A stretch of DNA of 64,000 nucleotides from the NCBI GenBank assembly GCA_964624685.1, contig CAZUYA010000002.1, positions 6,423 through 70,422 of the forward strand, given 5' to 3'. This stretch comes from an uncultured Ruminococcus sp. GTDB lineage: Bacteria > Bacillota > Clostridia > Oscillospirales > CAG-272. Below the pieces are notes generated by a model. It saw only the letters and a program-made list of their open reading frames with translations. It searched no databases and was not told the origin of the DNA. The position numbers and the translations under genes are program-made. Below, in pieces: positions 9,464 through 18,249 of this stretch. How positions within the stretch are numbered: the stretch's first letter is position 1; each line of letters starts with the position of its first letter.

Positions 9464-9539
9464 TATGACTGTTGCAAAGTAAAAGAAACGGTCGTACCGT
9501 GCGGTACGAGCCAAGAGTATGCTGTAGGAGGTGTCAAAA

Positions 9540-9710
9540 ATGGCAAAATGTTGTATCTGTAACAAGGGCGTCGTTTTCGGTCAGAATGTTTCTCACTCTC
9601 ACCGTAAAACCAACAGAACATGGAAGCCCAATATTCGCAAAGTAAAGTTGGAAGGCAGCAAAGCAATCTATGTTTGTTCTCGTTGCCTGCGCACCATGAA
9701 AAAGGCTTAA
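9540..9710 (+). CDS. rpmB: 50S ribosomal protein L28 (Cys-containing form)
   Basis: 56-aa ORF below the track's length cutoff: MAKCCICNKGVVFGQNVSHSHRKTNRTWKPNIRKVKLEGSKAIYVCSRCLRTMKKA. GGAGG lies 8 nt upstream and a terminator lies downstream. Confidence 0.9.
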   Translation: MAKCCICNKGVVFGQNVSHSHRKTNRTWKPNIRKVKLEGSKAIYVCSRCLRTMKKA

Positions 9711-9732
9711 TGCCAATGTGCAAATAAAGGAA

Positions 9733-9763
9733 GGCAGACACGATGTGTCTGCCCTTTATTTTC
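9733..9763 (+). terminator. rho-independent terminator after rpmB
   Basis: Stem ggcagacac/gtgtctgcc with a 3-nt loop, then CTTTATTTT. Confidence 0.8.
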
Positions 9764-9777
9764 CATCAAAAAGCGAA

Positions 9778-10491
9778 ATGTTAGCAGTCACAAACGATCG
9801 GTTTCCGATTCCGGCTGAAACCGAATTGAAAAAACGCGGGTATTCCGTATTACGACTTCCGCCGCACCCTTTATTACCGACCGCACTTGCCTCACACCCC
9901 GACATGTTGCTTTTCTTTGCGCCGGATGCCGTTTTTTGTACCAAAAGCTACCAAGCAATTGCAAAAAAAGAACTGTCCGCTATTTCAAATGTTTGTCAAA
10001 AACCCATCTGCGCCGTATCGGCTGAATTCGGATCCGTCTACCCGCAGGATATTCTGTTCAATGCGGTCTCTATCGGGCAAACCCTCATTTGCCGCCCGGA
10101 TGCCGTTGCTGCCGAGCTTGCCACGCACCCGAATTACCGCCTTTTACCCGTGCGACAAGGATACACCAAATGCTCCGTGCTCCCGGTCGGCGATCATGCA
10201 CTGATCACCGCCGATTGCGGAATCGCAAAAGCCGCATCGTCCACCGGTCTCGACGTTCTCCTGCTTCAACCCATGCCGATTCATTTGGACGGATACGACC
10301 GCGGCTTCATCGGCGGTACCGCCGGATATGCACCTTACGGTGTCACAACGACCATTCCCTTTTGCGGAAGTTTTGCATCATGTACGGTCGAGGCAGAACA
10401 AATGAGTCAATTTTGCCGTTCACACGGATATACGTTAGAATCAATCGGGGATTTTGAGCCTACAGACTGTGGAACGGTCTTCTTGCTCTGA
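9778..10491 (+). CDS. hypothetical protein, possibly pentein/amidinotransferase-like fold
   Basis: The track ORF starts inside the rpmB terminator, so the start was moved to MLAVTND. Motifs are ASHPDMLLFF, YPQDILFN, VRQGYTKCSV and ITAD. Family assignment is from memory only. Confidence 0.55.
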   Translation: MLAVTNDRFPIPAETELKKRGYSVLRLPPHPLLPTALASHPDMLLFFAPDAVFCTKSYQAIAKKELSAISNVCQKPICAVSAEFGSVYPQDILFNAVSIGQTLICRPDAVAAELATHPNYRLLPVRQGYTKCSVLPVGDHALITADCGIAKAASSTGLDVLLLQPMPIHLDGYDRGFIGGTAGYAPYGVTTTIPFCGSFASCTVEAEQMSQFCRSHGYTLESIGDFEPTDCGTVFLL

Positions 10492-10511
10492 CATCCCGCA
10501 AAGGAGTTATC

Positions 10512-10745
10512 ATGGAAAAAGAAAAAGTGGAACGCATCAACACTTTGGCAAGAAAATCCAAAACCGTCGGACTGACGGAGGAAGAAAAGATAGAACAGCA
10601 ACAATTGCGTGCCGAATATCTTGCCGATTTTCGCGCCGGATTTTCACAGGTTCTGAAAAATACCGTCATCGAATATCCGGACGGATCCAGAGAGTCGCTT
10701 CCGGAATTCAAAAAACGTCAGGAAACCGAAGGAAAATCGAAATAA
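10512..10745 (+). CDS. DUF896/UPF0291 family small protein (YnzC-like)
   Basis: MEKEKVERINTLARKSKTVGLTEEEKIEQQQLRAEYL is the typical N-terminus of this family. SD aaggag lies upstream. Confidence 0.75.
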   Translation: MEKEKVERINTLARKSKTVGLTEEEKIEQQQLRAEYLADFRAGFSQVLKNTVIEYPDGSRESLPEFKKRQETEGKSK

Positions 10746-10771
10746 ACCGACCAAGTTTTTTTCTCAAAGTC

Positions 10772-10800
10772 TTTACAAAATCCTAAAAATATGATATACT
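10772..10800 (+). promoter_or_regulatory. sigma-A-type promoter for the tsaE operon
   Basis: TTTACA, 17-nt spacer, TATACT with a TGa extended -10. Confidence 0.6.
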
Positions 10801-10827
10801 AAAAAAGGAAACTCAGCGGAGGAGATC

Positions 10828-11295
10828 ATGAAACCAACAACCATTGTATATACCTCAAACGTGCTGGAAACCGAAGCCGTCGGTGCAACATTGGCAAATC
10901 GTTTTTTGGAGGAACAACCTTCTCTTCCCCGCTTCATCGCTCTTTACGGCGATCTCGGAGTCGGTAAAACGGCTTTTGTTCGCGGATTTGCATCCGTCAT
11001 AGTCCCCAAAGCCACAGTCCGTTCCCCCACATTCGCATTGGTCAACGAATACCGCGGAGAGCGGCTGTCGCTCTTCCATTTTGATATGTATCGGATTGAA
11101 AGCGAAGAGGATCTGATGTCGGTCGGATACGACGATTACCTGACACGCCGCGGAATTTGTTTGGTGGAATGGAGTGAAAAAATCCCTTACGCTCTGCCGG
11201 AAACATATCTCAAAGTAACCATTGAAAAAAACGATTCCGAGCAACCGGAGCAAAGGAAGATCACGATACAATCCATTGCGGAGGACAATATATGA
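10828..11295 (+). CDS. tsaE: tRNA t6A biosynthesis ATPase TsaE
   Basis: P-loop GDLGVGKTAFVRG, then HFDMYRI and LVEWSEK. Confidence 0.9.
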   Translation: MKPTTIVYTSNVLETEAVGATLANRFLEEQPSLPRFIALYGDLGVGKTAFVRGFASVIVPKATVRSPTFALVNEYRGERLSLFHFDMYRIESEEDLMSVGYDDYLTRRGICLVEWSEKIPYALPETYLKVTIEKNDSEQPEQRKITIQSIAEDNI

Positions 11296-11996
11296 AAATT
11301 TTAGCACTGGACAGCACTGCCGGTGTCGCCTCGGTCGCCCTGTGTGAGGATCAAACACTGTTGGGCGAAATGACTTTGAACAACGGAAACACACATAGCG
11401 AATCCCTGCTTCCGATGATAGAATTTCTCCTTTGCCGTTTTCCGTTGCAACCGAATGAAATCGATCTGTTTGCGGTCTCGCAAGGTCCCGGCTCTTTCAC
11501 AGGCGTTCGGATCGGCATTTCCACAATCAAAGGACTTGCATTCGGCACCGATACACCGTGTATCGGTGTATCGACATTGGAAGCATTGGCATATAATTTA
11601 TGCGACACGAACGGTTTGGTCTGCCCTGTCATGAATGCACGGAGACAGCAGGTCTATACCGCATTGTTTCAAATCTACAACGGAACTTTGGAGCGGTTGA
11701 TGCTGGACAGTGCCATTGCAATTTCCGAATTGGATCAACGCCTAAACGCCTATTCTGCCCCTGTACTGCTTTGCGGAGACGGATGCGACATTGCGCAAAA
11801 AGGCTTAACTCACCCAACCATTCGGGTGTCGGAACGCTACCGACATCAAAGTGCTTATTCCGTAGCGCAGATTGCTTTCCAACAATACCGAAACGGAATT
11901 CGCGGCACGGATCTGACCTTAATGCCGACCTATCTTCGCCTCTCACAGGCAGAACGGGAACGTGCGGCACGACTGGGTACCGACACGGGAATATAA
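11292..11996 (+). CDS. tsaB: tRNA t6A biosynthesis protein TsaB
   Basis: ILALDSTAG... and GPGSFTGVRIGISTIKG. ATGA overlap with tsaE. Confidence 0.9.
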   Translation: MKILALDSTAGVASVALCEDQTLLGEMTLNNGNTHSESLLPMIEFLLCRFPLQPNEIDLFAVSQGPGSFTGVRIGISTIKGLAFGTDTPCIGVSTLEALAYNLCDTNGLVCPVMNARRQQVYTALFQIYNGTLERLMLDSAIAISELDQRLNAYSAPVLLCGDGCDIAQKGLTHPTIRVSERYRHQSAYSVAQIAFQQYRNGIRGTDLTLMPTYLRLSQAERERAARLGTDTGI

Positions 11997-12021
11997 AAAA
12001 CGCTAAGGAAGGACTTTTATC

Positions 12022-12483
12022 ATGAACATTACTCGCATTACCATCGGCAGCGACCATGCCGGTTATGAACTGAAATTGAAAGTGATCGCCCATCTCCGGG
12101 AACGAGGCATCGAAGTACTTGATGTGGGAACCGATTCAACCGAAAGCTGTGATTATCCGAACTTTGCCGGCGCGGTCTGCCGCAATATTCAAAACGGAGT
12201 CACCGAATTGGGAATTTTAATTTGCGGGACAGGAATCGGAATGTCCATGGCGGCAAATAAATATCGCGGGATTCGCGCTGCCGCTTGTTCCGATACCTTC
12301 AGCGCACGCCTCACACGGATGCACAATGACGCAAATGTTCTTTGTTTCGGAGAACGTGTGGTCGGAATGGGACTTGCTTTCGATCTGGTTGATCATTTCA
12401 TCGACGCGGATTTTGAAGGCGGCAAACACCAAAAGCGCGTGGATCTGATTACCGCCATCGAGCAGGCGGAATATCAAGCTTGA
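12022..12483 (+). CDS. rpiB: ribose-5-phosphate isomerase B
   Basis: IGSDHAGYELK, CGTGIGMSMAANK, and a C-terminal RpiB/LacAB signature. Confidence 0.9.
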   Translation: MNITRITIGSDHAGYELKLKVIAHLRERGIEVLDVGTDSTESCDYPNFAGAVCRNIQNGVTELGILICGTGIGMSMAANKYRGIRAAACSDTFSARLTRMHNDANVLCFGERVVGMGLAFDLVDHFIDADFEGGKHQKRVDLITAIEQAEYQA

Positions 12484-12526
12484 ACAGCGGACAACCGCAG
12501 TTGACCGCGGAAAGGAAAGAGGTTCT

Positions 12527-13273
12527 ATGAAACAGGAATTTGTCAAACTTGCCGAAACAGTCTATGAGTTGATGCCGGAAAGTGAAACAGCGGCGATCAT
12601 TCTTGCCGCCGGAAATGCAACGCGCATGAACGGCATCAATAAACAATTGTATCAACTGAAAGGAAAACCCGTACTGGCACATACTCTGACGGCATATCAA
12701 AACTGTCCTCTGATCCGTGAAATCATTGTTGTTACAAAACCGGAAGAATTTGAAACGGTCTTTGCAATGCGCGATCAATACGGAATTACAAAATTGAAAC
12801 ATTTGGTTTGCGGCGGAAAAACCCGTCAGGAATCGGCTCAAAAGGGACTTGCCAAATTGGATGCAAAATTCAAATATGTTGCCATTGCCGACGGTGCGCG
12901 TTGCCTGACAACACCGGCGCAAATTACAAAAGTCTGTCTCATGGCATACCGTCACAAAGCGGCATGTGCGGGACATGCAATCGAAGACACCGTCAAACGC
13001 ACGTCCGTTTTGGGGGCTGTGACCGAAACGGTTGACCGCACCGGATTGTGGCAAGCGCAAACACCGCAGGTCTTTCATGTCGCGTTATATCAAGCAGCGG
13101 TTAAAAAAGCCGAAGGAGACGGTTTTCATGCCACCGATGACGCTTCCCTCATCGAACATTTGGGGTATCGCGTGCATATGGTAGAGTGCGGACGATCCAA
13201 CATCAAAATCACGACACCTCTTGACCTGAATTTGGCACGTGCGATCTTGAACGATCGGAGTTCCAAAAAATGA
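12527..13273 (+). CDS. ispD: 2-C-methyl-D-erythritol 4-phosphate cytidylyltransferase
   Basis: [25 protein letters not shown], and typical IspD length. Confidence 0.9.
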   Translation: MKQEFVKLAETVYELMPESETAAIILAAGNATRMNGINKQLYQLKGKPVLAHTLTAYQNCPLIREIIVVTKPEEFETVFAMRDQYGITKLKHLVCGGKTRQESAQKGLAKLDAKFKYVAIADGARCLTTPAQITKVCLMAYRHKAACAGHAIEDTVKRTSVLGAVTETVDRTGLWQAQTPQVFHVALYQAAVKKAEGDGFHATDDASLIEHLGYRVHMVECGRSNIKITTPLDLNLARAILNDRSSKK

Positions 13274-13767
13274 TAACCGACATTCGAATCGGTCACGGCT
13301 ATGACGTTCATCGTCTGGTTCCGGATCGTAAACTGATATTGGGCGGCATTGAGATCCCGCATGAATGCGGTCTGTTAGGACATTCCGACGCCGATGTCTT
13401 GGTTCACGCAATCAGTGACGCACTCCTCGGTGCACTTGCGCTCGGTGACATCGGCACCCATTTTCCGGACAGCGATCCGCAATATGCGGGTGCCGACAGT
13501 TGTCTGCTGTTAAAAGCCGTCATGGATCTCGTTCGTCAAGCCGGATGGAAATTCGGCAACCTCGACGCGACCGTGTTGGCACAAGTACCGAAACTGGCTC
13601 CCTACATTCCTGCTATGCGTGAAAAAATTGCCGGCTCCTTGGGCAATGTTCCGATCGACCGGATCAGCATCAAAGCCACCACAGAGGAACACCTCGGCTT
13701 TACGGGAGAAAAATTAGGCATGGCGGCGCATGCGGTTTGCCTGTTGATCAAAGAATCTTCAATATAA
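13270..13767 (+). CDS. ispF: 2-C-methyl-D-erythritol 2,4-cyclodiphosphate synthase
   Basis: [10 protein letters not shown] and [23 protein letters not shown] overlap with ispD. Confidence 0.92.
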   Translation: MITDIRIGHGYDVHRLVPDRKLILGGIEIPHECGLLGHSDADVLVHAISDALLGALALGDIGTHFPDSDPQYAGADSCLLLKAVMDLVRQAGWKFGNLDATVLAQVPKLAPYIPAMREKIAGSLGNVPIDRISIKATTEEHLGFTGEKLGMAAHAVCLLIKESSI

Positions 13768-13947
13768 AATTTATCGTAAGCGTTTTGAGCACGAATCCGT
13801 TTCCTCACATCCTCGTTTTTCACACCTCTGTCGTACTTCAAAAACGCGCGTCTTCAATCACAGAATATGCTTCATTGACCTATTTTGACAAAACAGCGTC
13901 GGATTCGTCCCCATTCGTCAAAAATTTTCCGAAAGTTGGTTTTTTAT

Positions 13948-14604
13948 ATGATCGTAGTCTCCCCCTCCCTGCTGGCTGCCGATTTTGCAAATCTTGCCGC
14001 CGAAGTCAAAAAAATCGAAGATGCCGGTGCAGAATATCTGCATTTGGATGTCATGGACGGTGCTTTTGTCCCCAACATCAGTTTCGGTGCTCCGGTCATT
14101 GCGGCATTACGCCCGCACAGCAAATTGATTTTTGATGTTCATTTGATGATCAATGATCCGATTCGTTACATCGACGATTTTGTAAAAGCAGGTGCAGACT
14201 TGATCACCGTCCACCTGGAAAGTTGTACCGATCCATCGGCAACATTGCAAAAGATCAGCGCACACAACATCAAATGCGCACTTGCAATCTCACCGGCAAC
14301 GCCGGTCGAAAGCATTTTGCCATATCTTTCCGAAATTCAAATGGCACTCGTCATGACGGTCGTTCCCGGATTCGGCGGTCAGGCAATGATTCCGGAAACC
14401 TTGGAAAAAGTGAAAGTGATTCGCCGCTATGCCGATACCGAACATTTGAATTTGGATATTGAAGTGGATGGCGGAATCAATGCAACCAATGTTAAAGATG
14501 CCATCAAAGCCGGAGCAAATGTCATTGTGGCAGGCTCTGCCGTTTTCCATGCAGAACATCCGAAAGATGTCATCCTTGCCATGCACAACGCCGTCAACCA
14601 ATAA
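13948..14604 (+). CDS. rpe: ribulose-phosphate 3-epimerase
   Basis: MIVVSPSLLAADFANL and HLDVMDGAFVPN. Start moved from the TTG at 13885 to the ATG that matches the usual Rpe N-terminus. The SD is weak at both. Confidence 0.85.
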   Translation: MIVVSPSLLAADFANLAAEVKKIEDAGAEYLHLDVMDGAFVPNISFGAPVIAALRPHSKLIFDVHLMINDPIRYIDDFVKAGADLITVHLESCTDPSATLQKISAHNIKCALAISPATPVESILPYLSEIQMALVMTVVPGFGGQAMIPETLEKVKVIRRYADTEHLNLDIEVDGGINATNVKDAIKAGANVIVAGSAVFHAEHPKDVILAMHNAVNQ

Positions 14605-14626
14605 AATGATGCTCTGAATTATTATA

Positions 14627-14666
14627 ACAGTGGCGGTGTGACCGGATTCGGTCACACCGCCACTGT
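14627..14666. terminator. bidirectional terminator between convergent rpe and pncB
   Basis: Long GC-rich hairpin acagtggcggtgtgacc/ggtcacaccgccactgt flanked by A/T runs. Confidence 0.8.
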
Positions 14667-14685
14667 TTGTATGATGATGCAACAA

Positions 14686-16149
14686 TTACGATTGTTGCCG
14701 ATAAACACCGTGCTGCTTTAACATATTTTGCTTAATATCCCAAAGTTTTTGCGAAAGATCCACATAATAATTATGTGGATTGTTAAAGCGACGGACTTCA
14801 TCCCAAATCCCGTCAAGCTCTTCCCTACAATGTTTTTGGATGTCGGAAAGCTTCGGAAGTACATAGACCTGTTTTCCGTTTCGGAACACGGGAACCAACA
14901 ACTCCGTTGCGGTAAAATTTTCCATAACCTTGCGTTTCCAAGTGTAATCCGGATCAAAAATTTCCAGAGGTTGCTCATCATCAATGACCTCATCCCAAAC
15001 ACAAATCACATCTGCCTCAGCCTTTCCGGTATCTCGACCGCGTAAACGATAAACTTTTTTGAAATGCGGCGTGGTGATTTTTCCGACATTCTCGCTGATT
15101 TTAATTTTCGGAACGATCGTACCGTCCGGTTTTTCCACCGCACACAGCTTATATACTCCTCCAAAAACAGGATCACTCTTTGCCGTAATCAGGCGTTCGC
15201 CGACACCGAACGCATCCACTTTCGCATCTTGTCGGATCAACTCGCGAATCAAATATTCATCCAACGAATTGGAAATGATGATGCGGCAATCCGTCCATCC
15301 GGCATCATCCAACATCTTGCGTGCTTTCTGCGTCAAATAAGTAATATCCCCGGAATCAATGCGAATGCCGCATTTCCGAATCCCCAAGGGTGCCAGCACC
15401 TCGTTAAATGCCCGAATCGCGTTGGGAATACCGGATTCTATGACATTATAAGTATCAACCAACAGCACGGCATTTTCCGGATAGATCTTGCAATATGCCA
15501 AAAATGCTTCATACTCGTTATCAAACATCTGTACCCACGAGTGCGCCATCGTTCCCGTTGCGGGAACACCGTAAACTTCATCCGTAATCGTGCAAGCGGT
15601 TGCCGTACAACCGCCGATATAAGCGGCACGTGCACCGAGAACTGCGGCATCTGCCCCTTGTGCGCGACGCGAACCGAACTCACTGACAGCTCTTCCTTTT
15701 GCGGCTCTGACGATTCTCGCCGCTTTTGTGGCAATCAAAGACTGATGATTGATCATCAACAGCACGTATGTTTCGATAAATTGCGCTTCAATGGCTCTTC
15801 CGCGCACAATCATCAGCGGCTCTCCCGGAAAGACAACCGTCCCTTCCGGAACCGCCCAAATATCGCCTTCAAATTTGAAATCACGCAAAAAAGATAAAAA
15901 TTCTTCCGAAAAACAGTTCTTTTCACGCAAAAAAGCAATATCTTCATCGTCAAAATGCAGTTGATTGATATACTCCACCACCTGTTCCAAACCTGCAACC
16001 ACGGCAAAACCGCCATTATCCGGATTGTTACGATAGAACAGATCAAAATAAACGATCTGATCTTTCATCCCGCATTGAAAATAACCGTTGCTCATTGTCA
16101 ACTCGTAAAAGTCAAACAGCATTGTAAGATTTCTTCCAATATCTTTCAT
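14686..16149 (-). CDS. pncB: nicotinate phosphoribosyltransferase
   Basis: MLFDFYELTMSNGYF and GTMAHSWVQ. Start set at MKDIGRN, preceded by the AGGAAAGGA SD. Confidence 0.9.
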   Translation of the reverse strand: MKDIGRNLTMLFDFYELTMSNGYFQCGMKDQIVYFDLFYRNNPDNGGFAVVAGLEQVVEYINQLHFDDEDIAFLREKNCFSEEFLSFLRDFKFEGDIWAVPEGTVVFPGEPLMIVRGRAIEAQFIETYVLLMINHQSLIATKAARIVRAAKGRAVSEFGSRRAQGADAAVLGARAAYIGGCTATACTITDEVYGVPATGTMAHSWVQMFDNEYEAFLAYCKIYPENAVLLVDTYNVIESGIPNAIRAFNEVLAPLGIRKCGIRIDSGDITYLTQKARKMLDDAGWTDCRIIISNSLDEYLIRELIRQDAKVDAFGVGERLITAKSDPVFGGVYKLCAVEKPDGTIVPKIKISENVGKITTPHFKKVYRLRGRDTGKAEADVICVWDEVIDDEQPLEIFDPDYTWKRKVMENFTATELLVPVFRNGKQVYVLPKLSDIQKHCREELDGIWDEVRRFNNPHNYYVDLSQKLWDIKQNMLKQHGVYRQQS

Positions 16150-16205
16150 AAAGCATCCTTTCCTCACATGGGATCTGTTTCTTATCAACAGTATATCACA
16201 TTTTT

Positions 16206-16246
16206 AGAAAAAAAGCAAGATGGGAGAACATTTTTGTTCTCCCATC
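16206..16246 (-). terminator. rho-independent terminator after the ECF S-component gene
   Basis: 11-bp stem gatgggagaac/gttctcccatc. On the minus strand it is followed by TTGCTTTTTTT. Confidence 0.8.
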
Positions 16247-16258
16247 GGTCAATTTTCA

Positions 16259-16771
16259 TCAAGTTCCGAGCCGATCCGTTTTGCGTATCACAGCCGCCAA
16301 TGGCATAATCAAAATTCCCAATGTAAAATTGCTGATCCCGTGAATCACATCCCACGGGAGTCCCGCAACAATCCACGCAAGCGTCGCTTTGAAATCATAT
16401 CCAAAAAACAATGCCTGAGCGGGTGCATAAAGCGTCCCGAACAAAAAGCCGTGTGCGGCACAAACCGTCATATACACAATCGGCGCGATTTTTTTGGGCA
16501 TTCGTTTCGGCAATAACATGGTGACACCCCAAAGGATCGTCCACAGATAGAGATACGGGATCCACCAAATGTTAAAGCCCGCATACAATCCGTTAATCAA
16601 TACATAGATATAGATCGGATACAATGCCTTTTGACGATAGACCAAAGTGATCGCCATGGTAAAGACACCCAACAAGTGAACATTCGGAATCCATTCCATC
16701 AAAATTTTGGAAGAAAACATCAACGCTCCCAACATGGAAAAGATTGCGATCTCTCGGATCGACAGTTTCAT
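16259..16771 (-). CDS. ECF-transporter S component (substrate-capture subunit), cobalamin-linked by context
   Basis: 170 aa with about 6 TM helices, in the style of S components (MKLSIREIAIFSMLGALMFSSK...). It overlaps the upstream DUF4430 gene by 4 nt and lies under a B12 riboswitch. Confidence 0.7.
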   Translation of the reverse strand: MKLSIREIAIFSMLGALMFSSKILMEWIPNVHLLGVFTMAITLVYRQKALYPIYIYVLINGLYAGFNIWWIPYLYLWTILWGVTMLLPKRMPKKIAPIVYMTVCAAHGFLFGTLYAPAQALFFGYDFKATLAWIVAGLPWDVIHGISNFTLGILIMPLAAVIRKTDRLGT

Positions 16772-17247
16772 TTTTCAACCTTAAAGCTGTAGGTTGCGCC
16801 GTCCGTCACGGGCGTGGAATCCACCCCGGTCATGGCATATTCTCCATTGATGTAAAAAGCCCAGTAGGTTCTGTTTACATCGTAATCGGCGGTAATTCCG
16901 TTGACTTTTTTGACGTACAGTCCGTATGCACTGTCTTCACCCTCGATCAAGTGTTCCGCCAAAAGAGCCGCTCCGACCGTTTCCAGATCGGTTTGAATGG
17001 AAAAAGATGTCTCATTTCCGTCACCGTCCACCACGATCAACGTGAAGGCTTTTTTTTGAACGGGTGTCTCCGAGGTATCGGCAGTCGATTCCCCGTTCCC
17101 GTTAGTTGTTTCCGAGGTATCGACGGTCGATTCGCCTTTCCCGTTTGAGTTCTGCCCATTACATCCGAATGTAAACAGTGCTACAGCCGCAATCAGCACA
17201 ATACAAACGATGAATGACAGAATGCGTTGCAATTTTGTCATGTTCAT
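16768..17247 (-). CDS. DUF4430 (transcobalamin-like) lipoprotein
   Basis: Signal peptide with a lipobox-like FTFGC, a Ser/Thr/Glu linker, and a C-terminal YWAFYINGEYAMTGVDSTPVTDGATYSFK block typical of DUF4430. Confidence 0.75.
   Translation of the reverse strand: MNMTKLQRILSFIVCIVLIAAVALFTFGCNGQNSNGKGESTVDTSETTNGNGESTADTSETPVQKKAFTLIVVDGDGNETSFSIQTDLETVGAALLAEHLIEGEDSAYGLYVKKVNGITADYDVNRTYWAFYINGEYAMTGVDSTPVTDGATYSFKVEK
17067..17145 (-). repeat. imperfect 42-bp tandem duplication inside the lipoprotein linker
   Basis: Unit tNtccgaggtatcgNcNgtcgattcNccNttcccgtt occurs at 17067-17103 and 17109-17145. It encodes GESTVDTSET / GESTADTSET. Confidence 0.8.
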
Positions 17248-17289
17248 TTGTTTTTTCTCCTTTAAGAATGATTGATTTTTCTCCGAACC

Positions 17290-17477
17290 GGCGCCCGCAG
17301 TTCATCTGGAGTCGTTTTCGATGCCGGATATTTCGACTTGACAGCAAAACATTCGGTCTTCTCGGAAAAATCCAATGACCTTGTCGCGGGATGCGGCTCC
17401 CGCTTAGAATGTTCCGTTCAAAACTGTCTCACGGCGACGGGCTCGTACAGGATTTTCACCTGTTTCCCCGAACATCG
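17290..17477 (-). promoter_or_regulatory. cobalamin (B12) riboswitch
   Basis: The minus strand reads ...GGGGAAACAGGTGAAAATCCTGTACGAGCCCGTCGCCGTGAGA..., the conserved GGGAA / GGTGAAAATCC / GCCCG core. A B12-box-like GAGAAGACCGAATG follows. It sits between a promoter and a DUF4430/ECF-S operon. Confidence 0.75.
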
Positions 17478-17483
17478 TTCTAT

Positions 17484-17512
17484 ATTATAACACATTTGAA
17501 CCGTTTTTTCAA
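17484..17512 (-). promoter_or_regulatory. sigma-A-type promoter driving the riboswitch operon
   Basis: Minus strand TTGAAA, 17-nt spacer, TATAAT with a TGt extended -10. Confidence 0.65.
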
Positions 17513-17594
17513 TATGCTCGTTGATTTTACGCAAAAAATCTGTGAAAAAATTCACAAAAGAAGGATATTTTTGTCGCTTTTTTTACATTTTTGG

Positions 17595-17623
17595 TTGCAA
17601 TTTGAAAACAAATATGATATAAT
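17595..17623 (+). promoter_or_regulatory. sigma-A-type promoter for the 17678 gene
   Basis: TTGCAA, 17-nt spacer, TATAAT with TGa. It is 26/29 identical to the rpmB promoter. Confidence 0.7.
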
Positions 17624-17677
17624 AATAAAAGAAATCCCGAAATACGGGAAAGATTGGATTATTTGGAGGAAAATATC

Positions 17678-18106
17678 ATGGCAATTAAAATGAGAGTGCT
17701 CTATGATTCCGGAAAAAAGAAAATCAAAACCATTGCCGGAGAAATTAAAGCACACTATGATCTCGGTGTCAATGCGGTCGATACCATTCCGCCCGCTTAT
17801 TCCTGCGACAAAGAAAGAATCGTTATTTTGATGCTTTCGGCAAAAGGCGAAGTCAAAGATTCCATCCGCCTCTTCTGCCAAGAATTGACCAAAGCACGTG
17901 CACAGAACATTGCTTTGATCATTGACGGAGATCAAAAAGCTGCCGAAAACGTCAAACAGATCATTGCAGAGGTTGCACAGAATACGGTTTATGATGAAGT
18001 ACTGTACATCAACGGCGGTCTTCCCATCTTCGGCGGTGCACCGAAGCCGGAAGAGTTGACCGCAATCTTTGAATGGACGGATCGTGTGATTGCAAATTTG
18101 AAATAA
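17678..18106 (+). CDS. hypothetical 142-aa soluble protein
   Basis: Start at MAIKMRV, preceded by a GGAGG SD. A consensus promoter lies upstream and a terminator downstream. No motif recognised. Confidence 0.7.
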   Translation: MAIKMRVLYDSGKKKIKTIAGEIKAHYDLGVNAVDTIPPAYSCDKERIVILMLSAKGEVKDSIRLFCQELTKARAQNIALIIDGDQKAAENVKQIIAEVAQNTVYDEVLYINGGLPIFGGAPKPEELTAIFEWTDRVIANLK

Positions 18107-18183
18107 AGGATCACCGACATAAGCAAGAACAAAAAGCAATTGTCGCCTTGTTTTCTCACAAGCTGTAAACAATTGTAAACAAA

Positions 18184-18210
18184 GCGGAAGGTAGTTACCT
18201 TCCGCTTTTT
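18184..18210. terminator. bidirectional terminator (17678 gene / O-antigen-ligase-like gene)
   Basis: Stem gcggaagg/ccttccgc. TTTTT follows on the plus strand and TTTGTTT on the minus strand. Confidence 0.75.
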
Positions 18211-18249
18211 AAGCCAAACATCACGGATTTTCACCCGTGATGTTTTCGT

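Noticed and set aside
9481-9539. Short hairpin (cgtacc gtgc ggtacg) in the rpmB 5' UTR as a possible ribosomal-protein leader.
   Set aside because: The stem is only 6 bp and I know of no L28 leader motif to compare it with. Too weak to call.
13885-13947. Upstream TTG start extending rpe by 21 codons.
   Set aside because: The extension (MTKQRRIRPHSSKIF...) is basic and unlike Rpe N-termini. The ATG at 13948 gives the canonical ...SPSLLAADF start. Neither start has a good SD, so this remains uncertain.
17552-18172. 206-aa minus-strand ORF overlapping the 17678-18106 gene.
   Set aside because: The plus-strand ORF has a consensus promoter, a GGAGG SD, a terminator and protein-like composition. 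The minus-strand translation is Cys/Phe-rich and has no signals.
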